From: a virus | Lineage: Duplodnaviria; Caudoviricetes | Virus record (IMG/VR): IMGVR_UViG_3300049982_000222 | Span: 1 to 25,052 of that record | Direction: 5' to 3' (one strand) | DNA length: 25,052 bases | In this document: one piece after another, positions 1 through 7,390 of the stretch | Numbering within the stretch: position 1 is the stretch's first letter | Layout of the letters: every line of letters starts with the position of its first letter | Notes under the pieces: generated by a model | Databases searched by the model: none | What the model saw: the letters and a program-made list of their open reading frames with translations, nothing else | What the model was told of the DNA's origin: nothing | Made by a program: the position numbers and the translations under genes

Positions 1-242
1 TGCTGGTCGAGCCCGGCGGCCCAATAGAGCAGACCGTCGCCCTGGTCGCTCAGGTGCTTGGCGATCGTCGAGGCGCCGGGGAGCCGTGAATCCCTGACGA
101 AGGCGTACCCACCCTTCGCGTGCTTCGACTCTTTGATTTCCCCGAAGTATTGATGCTTGTCGGGTTCGTAGTAGAGGGTCGAGCCGTCCGGGAGCGTGTG
201 CTGCTCGAAGCGGCCGATCATCGTGGGCTCAGGCGTCAGCAT
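1..242 (-). CDS. Phage PD-(D/E)XK-type exonuclease, N-terminal part (runs off window; not in ORF track)
   Basis: Manual translation from ATG at 242, overlapping the ERF stop: MLTPEPTMIGRFEQHTLPDGSTLYYEPDKHQYFG...RLPGASTIAKHLSDQGDGLLYWAAG. The H-x-Y ... RLP(S/G)xxTI ... LxxWA pattern is typical of phage exonucleases paired with annealases. Confidence 0.65.
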   Translation of the reverse strand, partial: MLTPEPTMIGRFEQHTLPDGSTLYYEPDKHQYFGEIKESKHAKGGYAFVRDSRLPGASTIAKHLSDQGDGLLYWAAGLDQ

Positions 243-1230
243 CGGTGCCCTCCCCCACGATCTCGCCGTCGACTTCCTCGGCCTCGGGGTCCTCGCCCTC
301 GACCGCCTTCTGGAACTCGGCGTCGAGCCCGTCGGCAATGGCCTCGGGGAGCTTCGCGAACTGCTCGCGAAGGTCGGCGCCCGGCTCGAAGCCGTCTGCC
401 CCCAACTCGCCGAGCAGGAGGTTGAGCCCGTCCAGCGGGGTGACGCCGCCAAGCTCTGCGCCGGCGACCTCGTAGCCATTCATCAGCTGGTCGACGCGGG
501 CGTCGGAAAGCACCGGCTCGTCGGGTGCCGTGGCGTCGGCGTCCTGCGCCGCCTTCGCCAGCTCCGCCTCCAGGGCGTCCGCTTCCACTTCGCCCAGACC
601 GGAGATGCGCTCTTGGATCGCCTGGGCGGTGTTGGCCCGCAGGCTGTCGATGCCGGAGGAGCCGAGCATCATGCCGATCTCTTTGTAGGAGAGCTTCAGC
701 GTGGCGAGGCTGCCGATGATCCGTTCGGTGCGCTGGGGGTTGAGCCGGGCAACCGTGGCCTCCGTGCGCTGCTGGGATGCCGCCGCCCGCGCGCCGTCGT
801 CGTCATCCTGGTCGGCGATGGCGAGAGCCGCCGCCAGGACATAGCGCCGCATGTAGGTGATCGCGGATCCCTGTCCCTGGGGGTCGTTCTTCGTCGGGTT
901 CAACGGCGACGAAAACTCCATAGAGTCGCCCGACGAATGGAGGATGGTCGTCCGGAGGACGAACTCACCCTTCTCGTCGAGCATCGGCGCCTGCACGAGC
1001 ACGAGCCCATGCCGGTTGAGAACCGGACGCACGGTCGCCAGCAGATGGCCGAGCGAGGTGAATTTGCTTTCGAAGTGCGGGTTCTCCTGGTCGCGGTCGA
1101 CCGAGGGCATCTCGGTCTGCGCGCCCAGCAGCGCCTCCGTGAGATTCGCGTGCTGCTCAGCGGTCGGATCTGCCGCCGGTTTCTGCTCCGTCGCCCCGTT
1201 GGGGGTCTCGGTAGCCTCTGCGTTGGCCAT
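229..1230 (-). CDS. erf: ERF-family single-strand annealing recombinase with acidic C-terminal extension
   Basis: NPHFESKFTSL, LNRHGL, TTILHSSG, PQGQGSAITYMRRYVLAAALAIADQDDDDG motifs; GAAGGA RBS. Confidence 0.92.
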   Translation of the reverse strand: MANAEATETPNGATEQKPAADPTAEQHANLTEALLGAQTEMPSVDRDQENPHFESKFTSLGHLLATVRPVLNRHGLVLVQAPMLDEKGEFVLRTTILHSSGDSMEFSSPLNPTKNDPQGQGSAITYMRRYVLAAALAIADQDDDDGARAAASQQRTEATVARLNPQRTERIIGSLATLKLSYKEIGMMLGSSGIDSLRANTAQAIQERISGLGEVEADALEAELAKAAQDADATAPDEPVLSDARVDQLMNGYEVAGAELGGVTPLDGLNLLLGELGADGFEPGADLREQFAKLPEAIADGLDAEFQKAVEGEDPEAEEVDGEIVGEGTDADA

Positions 1231-1395
1231 CGTGGGATTCCTTCCGTGGTGGCCCCGCTTCGTGGGGGTGGTGCCCCGCGGGGTCGGTTGTCTACATTGC
1301 TGGCGCTCGGTGGCTAGTTCGCCGCCGGGCGCCGGTGCTTTGCTGCGTTGAAGTCGTCTATCTACGGATCGTGCCTATGGACTGTATCGCCGGGG

Positions 1396-1719
1396 TCAAG
1401 CCGCCTTTCTGCCCTCGATGGCCTCCAGCTGGGCGCGGTCGGCCTCGGGCGCCGGCTCCTGCCCGCGATGCGCGAGCCGGTAGCGCTCGTCGCCGAAGCC
1501 GAGATCGGGATCCGTCGCGTAGCTCAGGTTGGCCAGATCGTCCTCGATCTGCGACATCCGCTTGCGCATCTCGTCGACCTCCGCCGCAAGCTGCTCAGCA
1601 AAGTCCTCGTCGCGCAGGCGAACGATCACCTCGGAGCGGAACCCGCGGAGCATGTCGCCGACCATCTCGGCCTGCCCCTCAGCCCTTGCCAGTAGCCTGC
1701 GCCTCGTCGTCTGATCCAT
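1396..1719 (-). CDS. Hypothetical early protein (coiled-coil), first gene of the leftward early operon
   Basis: ATG at 1719 preceded by GGAGGGG RBS; MDQTTRRRLL...; GC3-rich codons. Confidence 0.7.
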   Translation of the reverse strand: MDQTTRRRLLARAEGQAEMVGDMLRGFRSEVIVRLRDEDFAEQLAAEVDEMRKRMSQIEDDLANLSYATDPDLGFGDERYRLAHRGQEPAPEADRAQLEAIEGRKAA

Positions 1720-1819
1720 AGTGCCCCTCCTGTGGTGATGTCTACATTGCATGCCTTATGGACTATACAGATTCTGGCCCTTCCGTGTGGCAGAGACTTT
1801 GCAGTTGGTAGCCGCGAAG

Positions 1820-1848
1820 TGCACATAGCGCGAAATCTGCTCTACCCT
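1820..1848 (+). promoter_or_regulatory. Putative promoter of the repressor gene, probably giving a leaderless mRNA
   Basis: TGCACA(1820-25)-N17-TACCCT(1843-48), 7 nt before the GTG at 1856; no SD. Confidence 0.45.
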
Positions 1849-1855
1849 TTCCCGC

Positions 1856-2362
1856 GTGAACGTGCGGGCCAACGAGCCGGTTAGTAAGACCGTGCGCAAA
1901 GAGGTCGGTGAGCGGATCCGGGCGCGACGGAAGGCGCTCGGGCTCTCACAGGGTGGACTCGGTGCGTTGCTACGAAGCTCCAATCGCAAGCCCGTGGAAG
2001 CGGCGACGATCTCCAGATGGGAGCGCGGCGAATTCATGCCCTCTCGGCACTACTGGCCCCAGATCGCCGCCGTCCTCGACTTGCCGCTCGACGGCCTGAT
2101 CGGCGACCTTCTGCCCAGCGAGACCGGCGACACGCTGCTCGCCCGACTGGAGGAGGTCGAGACCCGCGTGGCCGCCCTGGCCCGGGCCCTTCACATAGAG
2201 CAGGAGGTCGACGCCGCCGTGCGCGCCAAGGCAGCCGAACGCCGGCTCAAGAAGATCACCGCACCAGCCGAAGACGAGGACCCCCAGGAGCACTCCCCGA
2301 GGAGAACGGGTCGGGGTCGTCGGGGTCGAGCCGACGATGAAGATCAAGCCGTGTCCTCTTGA
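1856..2362 (+). CDS. XRE/cI-like HTH immunity repressor (no S24 autopeptidase domain)
   Basis: GERIRARRKALGLSQGGLG...ATISRWERGEFMP...IAAVLDL HTH_3 signature, then a coiled-coil; divergent from the early genes. Confidence 0.88.
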   Translation: MNVRANEPVSKTVRKEVGERIRARRKALGLSQGGLGALLRSSNRKPVEAATISRWERGEFMPSRHYWPQIAAVLDLPLDGLIGDLLPSETGDTLLARLEEVETRVAALARALHIEQEVDAAVRAKAAERRLKKITAPAEDEDPQEHSPRRTGRGRRGRADDEDQAVSS

Positions 2363-2520
2363 AGTGCTCGGACTCCCCGGCAGGGTCGAGGTCGCGCAGC
2401 TGCCACAGCGCGTGGTAGGCGATCGCCATCGCCCGTTCCTGGTCTAAGTGCCCCCCGGCCCCGGCCATCCCGCCGACCAGAAAACCCGCTGTCCCTCGAC
2501 CTGTCAACCACCTCGGACTA

Positions 2521-2694
2521 TCAAGGGGATGCACGGTGCATCCTGAGAATTCGTTTGACGCTGTCGATGTGCATCCCTACGGCTCGCGCGATCTGCCGCT
2601 GGGAGCGGCCGTCCCTCGCCGCTCGGCGGATCAGCCGGTCCCGCCGCCGGCTCAGTTCCCGATACTGGCGCAATTCCTCCAGGGCGTTTCCCAT
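2521..2694 (-). CDS. Small HTH DNA-binding protein (57 aa)
   Basis: RDRLIRRAARDGRSQRQIARAVGMHIDSVKRIL HTH; purine-rich RBS before ATG 2694. Confidence 0.7.
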   Translation of the reverse strand: MGNALEELRQYRELSRRRDRLIRRAARDGRSQRQIARAVGMHIDSVKRILRMHRASP

Positions 2695-2769
2695 CCATCC
2701 CCCCTTTAGAGTCGAACCCAAGTTACCGGCTGATCAAAGGCAGCCAGCGGAGCAGGCGCCGCGCCAACG

Positions 2770-2803
2770 AAAAGGCCCCCCAGCGCGAAGCCGAGGGGCC
2801 TTC
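2770..2803 (-). terminator. Intrinsic terminator
   Basis: Minus strand GAAGGCCCC...GGGGCCTTTTCG hairpin plus U-tract, downstream of the XRE gene. Confidence 0.75.
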
Positions 2804-2849
2804 GGGGTGCTGGTCGATGCGGAGAACCAGCGGGCGAGACTATAGAGGA

Positions 2850-3089
2850 TTACTCAAGTTCTATACGTTCGATCAGGGCGACTAGCTCCAACAGGGTCAC
2901 GTCGAGCCCTGCCACCAATCGCCGCACGGTCCCCCAGGCCGGGTTGTTCACGCCCGACTCGATGCGCGAGATCCAGGTCGGATGGATGCCTGCGCTGTGG
3001 CCAAGCTCTTCCTGCGTGATGCCGGCCCGCTGTCGTATCCGGCGGAGCGCAAGGCCCAGGGCAGGTTGAGGTTCGCGCGCGTGGGCCAT
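2850..3089 (-). CDS. XRE-family HTH transcriptional regulator (79 aa)
   Basis: LGLALRRIRQRAGITQEELGHSAGIHPTWISRIESGVNNPAWGTVRRLVAGLDV. Confidence 0.9.
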   Translation of the reverse strand: MAHAREPQPALGLALRRIRQRAGITQEELGHSAGIHPTWISRIESGVNNPAWGTVRRLVAGLDVTLLELVALIERIELE

Positions 3090-3196
3090 CTCGGCGAAGC
3101 CAACGCGCTCGCGGCTCCAGGGTCCATAGATTCGGACTCAAGTCGAGCAGATAGACACGCGTGTTTGCTTTTCGCCCCCGCTGCCCCCGGAACGAC

Positions 3197-3234
3197 AAAA
3201 GCCCGCCGCTTCCCCGGGAGGGAGGCGACGGGCT
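3197..3234 (-). terminator. Intrinsic terminator at the end of the late/lysis operon
   Basis: Minus strand AGCCCGTCGC...GCGGCGGGCTTTTG hairpin plus U-tract. Confidence 0.75.
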
Positions 3235-3303
3235 CTAGGGAGACGCCCTCCAACCGGGGAGGTCGTCGAAGCGGAAACTTACACCGCTCAGAGAACTTCT
3301 CTG

Positions 3304-3975
3304 TCAGGCACAGCCGGGAGGGATCAGCTTCGCCGTCCCGATCGCATCGGTGGGGAAGGCGCCGCTGAGGCCGAGCGCTGCTACCCCGCCTTCCGTTACG
3401 TCGATCGCGCGCTGCGTGAATCCGGCCGGGCCGAGGTCGCCGAGGAACAGGACCGCCGTGTGGCCCGCGATCGTCACCCGGAAGCGCTGGAGATCCGCCA
3501 GCCACCCGCGGGTCGTCGCGTTGTCCCAGCCGGCTTCGGTGCCGGGCGCGATGTTGAGGGCGATCGCCGGCTCGGACGTGTAGTGGCCCGAGGCCATGAG
3601 CCCGCCGCCGAAGTAGCTGACCCGGCCGGTGATGACTTCGCCGGATCGGCAGTACTGCACATGGTGGCGGTGGCGCCCGTAGCGGAGGCGGTCCCGCCCC
3701 CAGCGCGTCTGCATCACCCGGCGGTGATTGGGTCCGGCGGCACAGTCGAGCTTGCGGTGGTAGGCCCTGGCGGCCGCGGCCCCGGGCTTCCCCCGCTGCC
3801 ATCGCTCGAGGTCCCAGACCTTCGCGGAGAACGGGGCGAACTGCTCGGCGGTGATGTAGTGGCCGCCGCAGGGGTCGACGGGGGTGTTCGGTCGGGTGGC
3901 GGTCGACGGGCTCGCCAGGAGAAGCGCGAGCACGACGATGACCCCGAGTGCTATCGGGTAGGTGGCGCGGCTGAT
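3304..3975 (-). CDS. Secreted protein with C-terminal RlpA-like double-psi beta-barrel (putative lytic transglycosylase); probable ATC start
   Basis: GRVSYFGGGLMASG...DLGPAGFTQRAIDVT DPBB motifs. Signal peptide (M)SRATYPIALGVIVVLALLLASPSTA if started at ATC 3975, 6 nt after GGAGG. The ORF track starts it at GTG 3933. Confidence 0.7.
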   Translation of the reverse strand: MSRATYPIALGVIVVLALLLASPSTATRPNTPVDPCGGHYITAEQFAPFSAKVWDLERWQRGKPGAAAARAYHRKLDCAAGPNHRRVMQTRWGRDRLRYGRHRHHVQYCRSGEVITGRVSYFGGGLMASGHYTSEPAIALNIAPGTEAGWDNATTRGWLADLQRFRVTIAGHTAVLFLGDLGPAGFTQRAIDVTEGGVAALGLSGAFPTDAIGTAKLIPPGCA

Positions 3976-4049
3976 GCCGGCCCTCCTTTCGTTGGGGACG
4001 AGACGCCCGCACGCCGGCCGAGGCCGGGGGGCGTAGAGGTGCCCGCGGG

Positions 4050-4223
4050 CTAGCGCGGGAAGATGCGCCCGAAGGCGAAGGCGCCGAGGGTGCAGAAGCC
4101 GACGTACTGCTCGGGCGGAACTTCGACGCCGAAGACGGCGCCGATGCCCCAGGCGACGAGCCCGCCGAACGCGGCGCCCGCGCCCGCGGCACCCGCGGTG
4201 GTCGCGCTCTGCGCGGCCTTCAT
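4050..4223 (-). CDS. Putative holin (57 aa, two hydrophobic segments)
   Basis: MKAAQSATTAGAAGAGAAFGGLVAWGIGAVFGVEVPPEQYVGFCTLGAFAFGRIFPR; ATGA overlap with the endolysin stop. Confidence 0.7.
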   Translation of the reverse strand: MKAAQSATTAGAAGAGAAFGGLVAWGIGAVFGVEVPPEQYVGFCTLGAFAFGRIFPR

Positions 4224-4828
4224 CGGGTCACCCGCAGGTAGTCGTTGACGAGGGAGACGTCGCGGACCTTCCGATAGACGCCGTCGCCGCCGGTGGCGGA
4301 GTCGCTGACGGCGCCGGTCGCCCCGGTGTTGAACTCGATGGTTTCGATCTGCCCGTTGCCGAGGTCGCGGACGAACATGCCGACGTGGTCGAAGACGAAG
4401 CGGACCAGGTCGCCGGGCTTCGGGCTCGAGGTGCGCCTGATCCCCAGCGCGCCGAGAAGCAGCGACACCGCCGCCCATACCCGGGTGACGGCCTTGGACC
4501 CGGCGGCCCGGTAGCAGAAGGCCATCCCGTCGCCGCACCACGGCTCGCCGATCGACCCGCCGTTGGCGGTGATGATCTTGTCGACCATCTCCCCGGTGTT
4601 GTTCCCGCCTTCCTCCATCACGCCGACCAGCCCTTCGGCGACGGCGAGCGCCTTGTCCCGGAGCGGCTGCTTGTCGATCAGCTTGCGCAGGTGCTTCGCC
4701 GCGGCGGCGTTCTTCTCGCGGGCGCGGTGGTAGCCGGCCAGCGGGCGACGGGCGATCTTGCGGGTGAGGGCGCGCACGCGCTTTACGCGCTTGCGCAGCT
4801 TCGCCCGAAGGCGAGCGGTGCGGGACAT
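4220..4828 (-). CDS. CHAP-domain endolysin with basic N-terminal helix
   Basis: EEGGNN, PWCGDG (catalytic Cys), PGDLV, DHVGM (His), IEFNT; GAGGAGG RBS. Confidence 0.85.
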   Translation of the reverse strand: MSRTARLRAKLRKRVKRVRALTRKIARRPLAGYHRAREKNAAAAKHLRKLIDKQPLRDKALAVAEGLVGVMEEGGNNTGEMVDKIITANGGSIGEPWCGDGMAFCYRAAGSKAVTRVWAAVSLLLGALGIRRTSSPKPGDLVRFVFDHVGMFVRDLGNGQIETIEFNTGATGAVSDSATGGDGVYRKVRDVSLVNDYLRVTR

Positions 4829-4873
4829 GTGGCCTCCTCTGGAGGGTTGGAGCCGGCGGGCGCCGGCGAGGGA

Positions 4874-5107
4874 TCAGGGGAAGATCAGGCGGAAGACAGC
4901 TGCCGGGATGTGTTCGATCGGCAGGCCGGCGAAGGTGCGGGCGGCCGCGGCGGCGAGCACCGCGTAGACGGCAATCTCCATGCGCCGGATCCGCGTGGGG
5001 AGATCGGCGTCGAGGAGGCCGTAGAGCTTGCGGCGGTCCTCTCTGCAGAGTTCGAGGGGTTTGACGTCTTCGTCACCGCTGGGAGTGCTACGCGCTTTCG
5101 TGGGCAT
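4874..5107 (-). CDS. Small membrane protein of the lysis module (holin/antiholin-like)
   Basis: C-terminal hydrophobic segment after a charged N-terminus; GGAG RBS; located just upstream of the endolysin. Confidence 0.5.
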   Translation of the reverse strand: MPTKARSTPSGDEDVKPLELCREDRRKLYGLLDADLPTRIRRMEIAVYAVLAAAAARTFAGLPIEHIPAAVFRLIFP

Positions 5108-5131
5108 GGTCTCCGTCAGGGTCGGGGTCGG

Positions 5132-5569
5132 CTATCCGAGGATCGTGAAGTTGACGCTGAGGTTTTCGAGGGTGCCCGTGGAGGAGCGGGTCTCGTAGGT
5201 GAAGGTTTTTTTGCCGTTCGCAGTGACGGTGAGGAAGTTGAAGAAACCTGAGCCCGCAAAGACGGCCGGTACGAGTACGCCTTCGTGCCCGAGTTCTTTT
5301 TCGAGGGTGATGGTGTATTTGCCGGTCGCGGTTTTAACGCACGTGAAGCCTTCGCCGATGACTTTTTCTCCAGCTGCTCCCACCCGGCCCCAAGCCACCA
5401 CTCCGGCGCCTTTTTCACCAGTAGCGCCTTTTTCCCCGGTTGCACCTTTCGGCCCGGTCGGCCCTGCTGGTCCCACGATGCCGGGGAGTGGCGCCGCCGG
5501 CGTGGCGATCCGCCGCCGCGACAGCCGCTCCAGCAGTCCCTCGACCGAAGTTTTCCGCCGGACGATCAT
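5132..5569 (-). CDS. Collagen-repeat minor tail/fibre protein (145 aa)
   Basis: ATG 5569 in ATGA overlap with the upstream stop; GIVGPAGPTGPKGATGEKGATGEKG G-X-Y run followed by a beta-rich head (TATGKYTIT). Confidence 0.75.
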   Translation of the reverse strand: MIVRRKTSVEGLLERLSRRRIATPAAPLPGIVGPAGPTGPKGATGEKGATGEKGAGVVAWGRVGAAGEKVIGEGFTCVKTATGKYTITLEKELGHEGVLVPAVFAGSGFFNFLTVTANGKKTFTYETRSSTGTLENLSVNFTILG

Positions 5570-6801
5570 TCGATGACTTCCGGGATCTTCAGCGTCACGA
5601 CTTCCCCGCTGATGCCTTCCGATTTCACCTCGGGGGCGCAAGTGAGCTTCACCTGCAGCTGCCCGGATTCGGTCTCGAGGACCGTGGCGTCGGTCACGCG
5701 CCCGGTGAGTTCGAGTGGGACGATCAGGTTGCCCTCGGCGTCGACCGGTTCGCCGGCATCGTTCAGCCTCGTGGCGCCGAGGTAGGCGTGGCATCCGATC
5801 GTGTCCCCGATCCAGTAGTCGACGCCGAAGGCGGGTGGCACGCCCGCGCCGACCTCGTCCTCGACGGGCTCGTAGGCCGAGACGAAGTCGAAGTAGGGGA
5901 TCGGGACCGCGTTGGCGGCGATGAACGCTTCGGCGTGGGCTTTCAGCGTGGCGCCTTCGACGACGTCTTCGAGCTGGATGATCTGCTCGAACACGCCGTA
6001 CTGGGCGATCGAGGCGGCGTGCTGGGCGACGTAGGCGGGGAAGGTGGCGAACGGGGTTTCCACGCCTTCTTCGTTCAGCGGCGCCCCGATCACGACGACG
6101 CGGTTGACGATGCCGTCGCCCCCCGGCGCGAAGGTGAAGCCGGTCGCCGTGAAGGGCGCGGCGCCCTCGACGAATATGACGTCGGCGCTCTTGTCGGTGC
6201 CCTGGCGCGGGTCGAAGGTGTTGAACTGGGCCAGGGTGCCGTCGCTGGCGATGACCGGCTCCAGCTCGAAGTCGGGGCCGCCGATCACTTCCGACATCTC
6301 CAGCACCGCGGGGCCGACTTCCTTGCCGGGGACGTAGGTCCGGTCCCGGTTGATCGACGCCGGCAGATCGCCTTTGATGATCCCGTGCGTGGTCGCCGCT
6401 TCGATCAGAGACCACATGATCTGGCTCTGATCGGTGCCGGTGAAGACCACCGCTTCCCAGACCAGGCCGACGACTTTGCGGATCAGCGCCCGTTCCAGTT
6501 GGAAGAACGGATCGACCGCGTTGAGCCCCAGCTGCTCGCCTTCTTCGCTCTCCCCCTGTTCGGGGATGATGTTGCGGCCGATGAAGAGGGGCAGCGAGAA
6601 TTCTTCGGGCCCCTTCAGGGTGACGCGCAGGAGGGTCTCAACCGCGTCGGCGTGGGCGTAGGCCGGGTCCTCGAGGCTCAATGGGCAGAAGCCGCGCCGG
6701 GCGGCGTTGAGGCCGATTTCCACGCGGCCGCCAGCTCGCCGATTGTCGAGCCGCGTGAGCACTTTCTGGTTGCGGTCGGTGAGCTCGAAGTCGAGGTACA
6801 T
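5566..6801 (-). CDS. Minor tail/baseplate hub protein (ReqiPepy6 Gp37-like)
   Basis: Located after Dit; GGPDFELEP, IVNRVVVIG, SIAQYGVFE, FGVDYWIGDTI motifs; GGAGG RBS. Confidence 0.75.
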   Translation of the reverse strand: MYLDFELTDRNQKVLTRLDNRRAGGRVEIGLNAARRGFCPLSLEDPAYAHADAVETLLRVTLKGPEEFSLPLFIGRNIIPEQGESEEGEQLGLNAVDPFFQLERALIRKVVGLVWEAVVFTGTDQSQIMWSLIEAATTHGIIKGDLPASINRDRTYVPGKEVGPAVLEMSEVIGGPDFELEPVIASDGTLAQFNTFDPRQGTDKSADVIFVEGAAPFTATGFTFAPGGDGIVNRVVVIGAPLNEEGVETPFATFPAYVAQHAASIAQYGVFEQIIQLEDVVEGATLKAHAEAFIAANAVPIPYFDFVSAYEPVEDEVGAGVPPAFGVDYWIGDTIGCHAYLGATRLNDAGEPVDAEGNLIVPLELTGRVTDATVLETESGQLQVKLTCAPEVKSEGISGEVVTLKIPEVIE

Positions 6802-6815
6802 CCGTCCTCCGGAGT

Positions 6816-6889
6816 TTGCAGGGATGGGCGTTGACCGCTAGGGTGCGGCTACGTAAAGTGCCCCGGCGGCGCCTGAACGCCCCGGGGCA
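6816..6889 (+). promoter_or_regulatory. Moron promoter plus 5'-UTR hairpin
   Basis: TTGCAG(6816-21)-N17-TAGGGT(6839-44); stem TGCCCCGG(6859-66)/CCGGGGCA(6882-89). Confidence 0.6.
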
Positions 6890-6913
6890 TGGCCATCGAA
6901 AAGGTTGGTTCCG

Positions 6914-7390
6914 ATGACGAAGAAGATTCTAGGCGGCCTCTTGGCCGTCGCCCTATTGCTTCCCGGTACCGCGAGTGCCGCCCCAACGTTTCAGGAAGAT
7001 TGGGCGGTCGCTGAAGAATATTGGGGCACCAAGCCGATCCTGTGTGCCTCGATCACCGAGATACCGATTCCACCTGGGGACGAAAACCTAGGGGCGGCGA
7101 CCCAACCGACGGCGCCAGGGACGGCATGCACGTGGTGGGTACGCACGGGACTGACGCCCCTGGGGCAATGCCTCCTCGTCGTCCACGAGTACGGGCACCT
7201 CCTCGGCCTCGGTCACTCGTCCGACCCACACTCGGTCATGTACCCCAGGGTAAAATCCGCCATCATCAACGGCTGTACCCGCCTCTGGTGGCAAGCTCTT
7301 CGCGAACACTGTGCGAGCGTCGCGCCATCGATGCACCGGCACTGCGAGAAGGGCTTTCACGAATTGAAGCGCAGCTGGCGAACGCGCTAG
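6914..7390 (+). CDS. Secreted matrixin/metzincin-type zinc metalloprotease (moron)
   Basis: Signal peptide ending TASA; HEYGHLLGLGH zinc motif; Met-turn SVMYP; several Cys. Confidence 0.88.
   Translation: MTKKILGGLLAVALLLPGTASAAPTFQEDWAVAEEYWGTKPILCASITEIPIPPGDENLGAATQPTAPGTACTWWVRTGLTPLGQCLLVVHEYGHLLGLGHSSDPHSVMYPRVKSAIINGCTRLWWQALREHCASVAPSMHRHCEKGFHELKRSWRTR

Noticed and set aside
196-1317. Long plus-strand ORFs opposite real genes (e.g. 196-1317, 5440-6834, 9077-10507, 9388-10869, 12019-13254, 21095-22210)
   Set aside because: Antisense shadow ORFs expected from high-GC codon bias; no motifs or RBS, and the opposite strand has recognisable phage genes
2256-2534. 92-aa minus-strand ORF downstream of the small HTH gene
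   Set aside because: Overlaps the repressor 3' end convergently by ~107 nt and has no recognisable motif. It could be real but is not supportable
2948-4192. 414-aa Arg/Pro-rich minus-strand ORF
   Set aside because: Alternative-frame read across the holin, RlpA-like gene and a terminator; composition typical of off-frame GC-rich sequence
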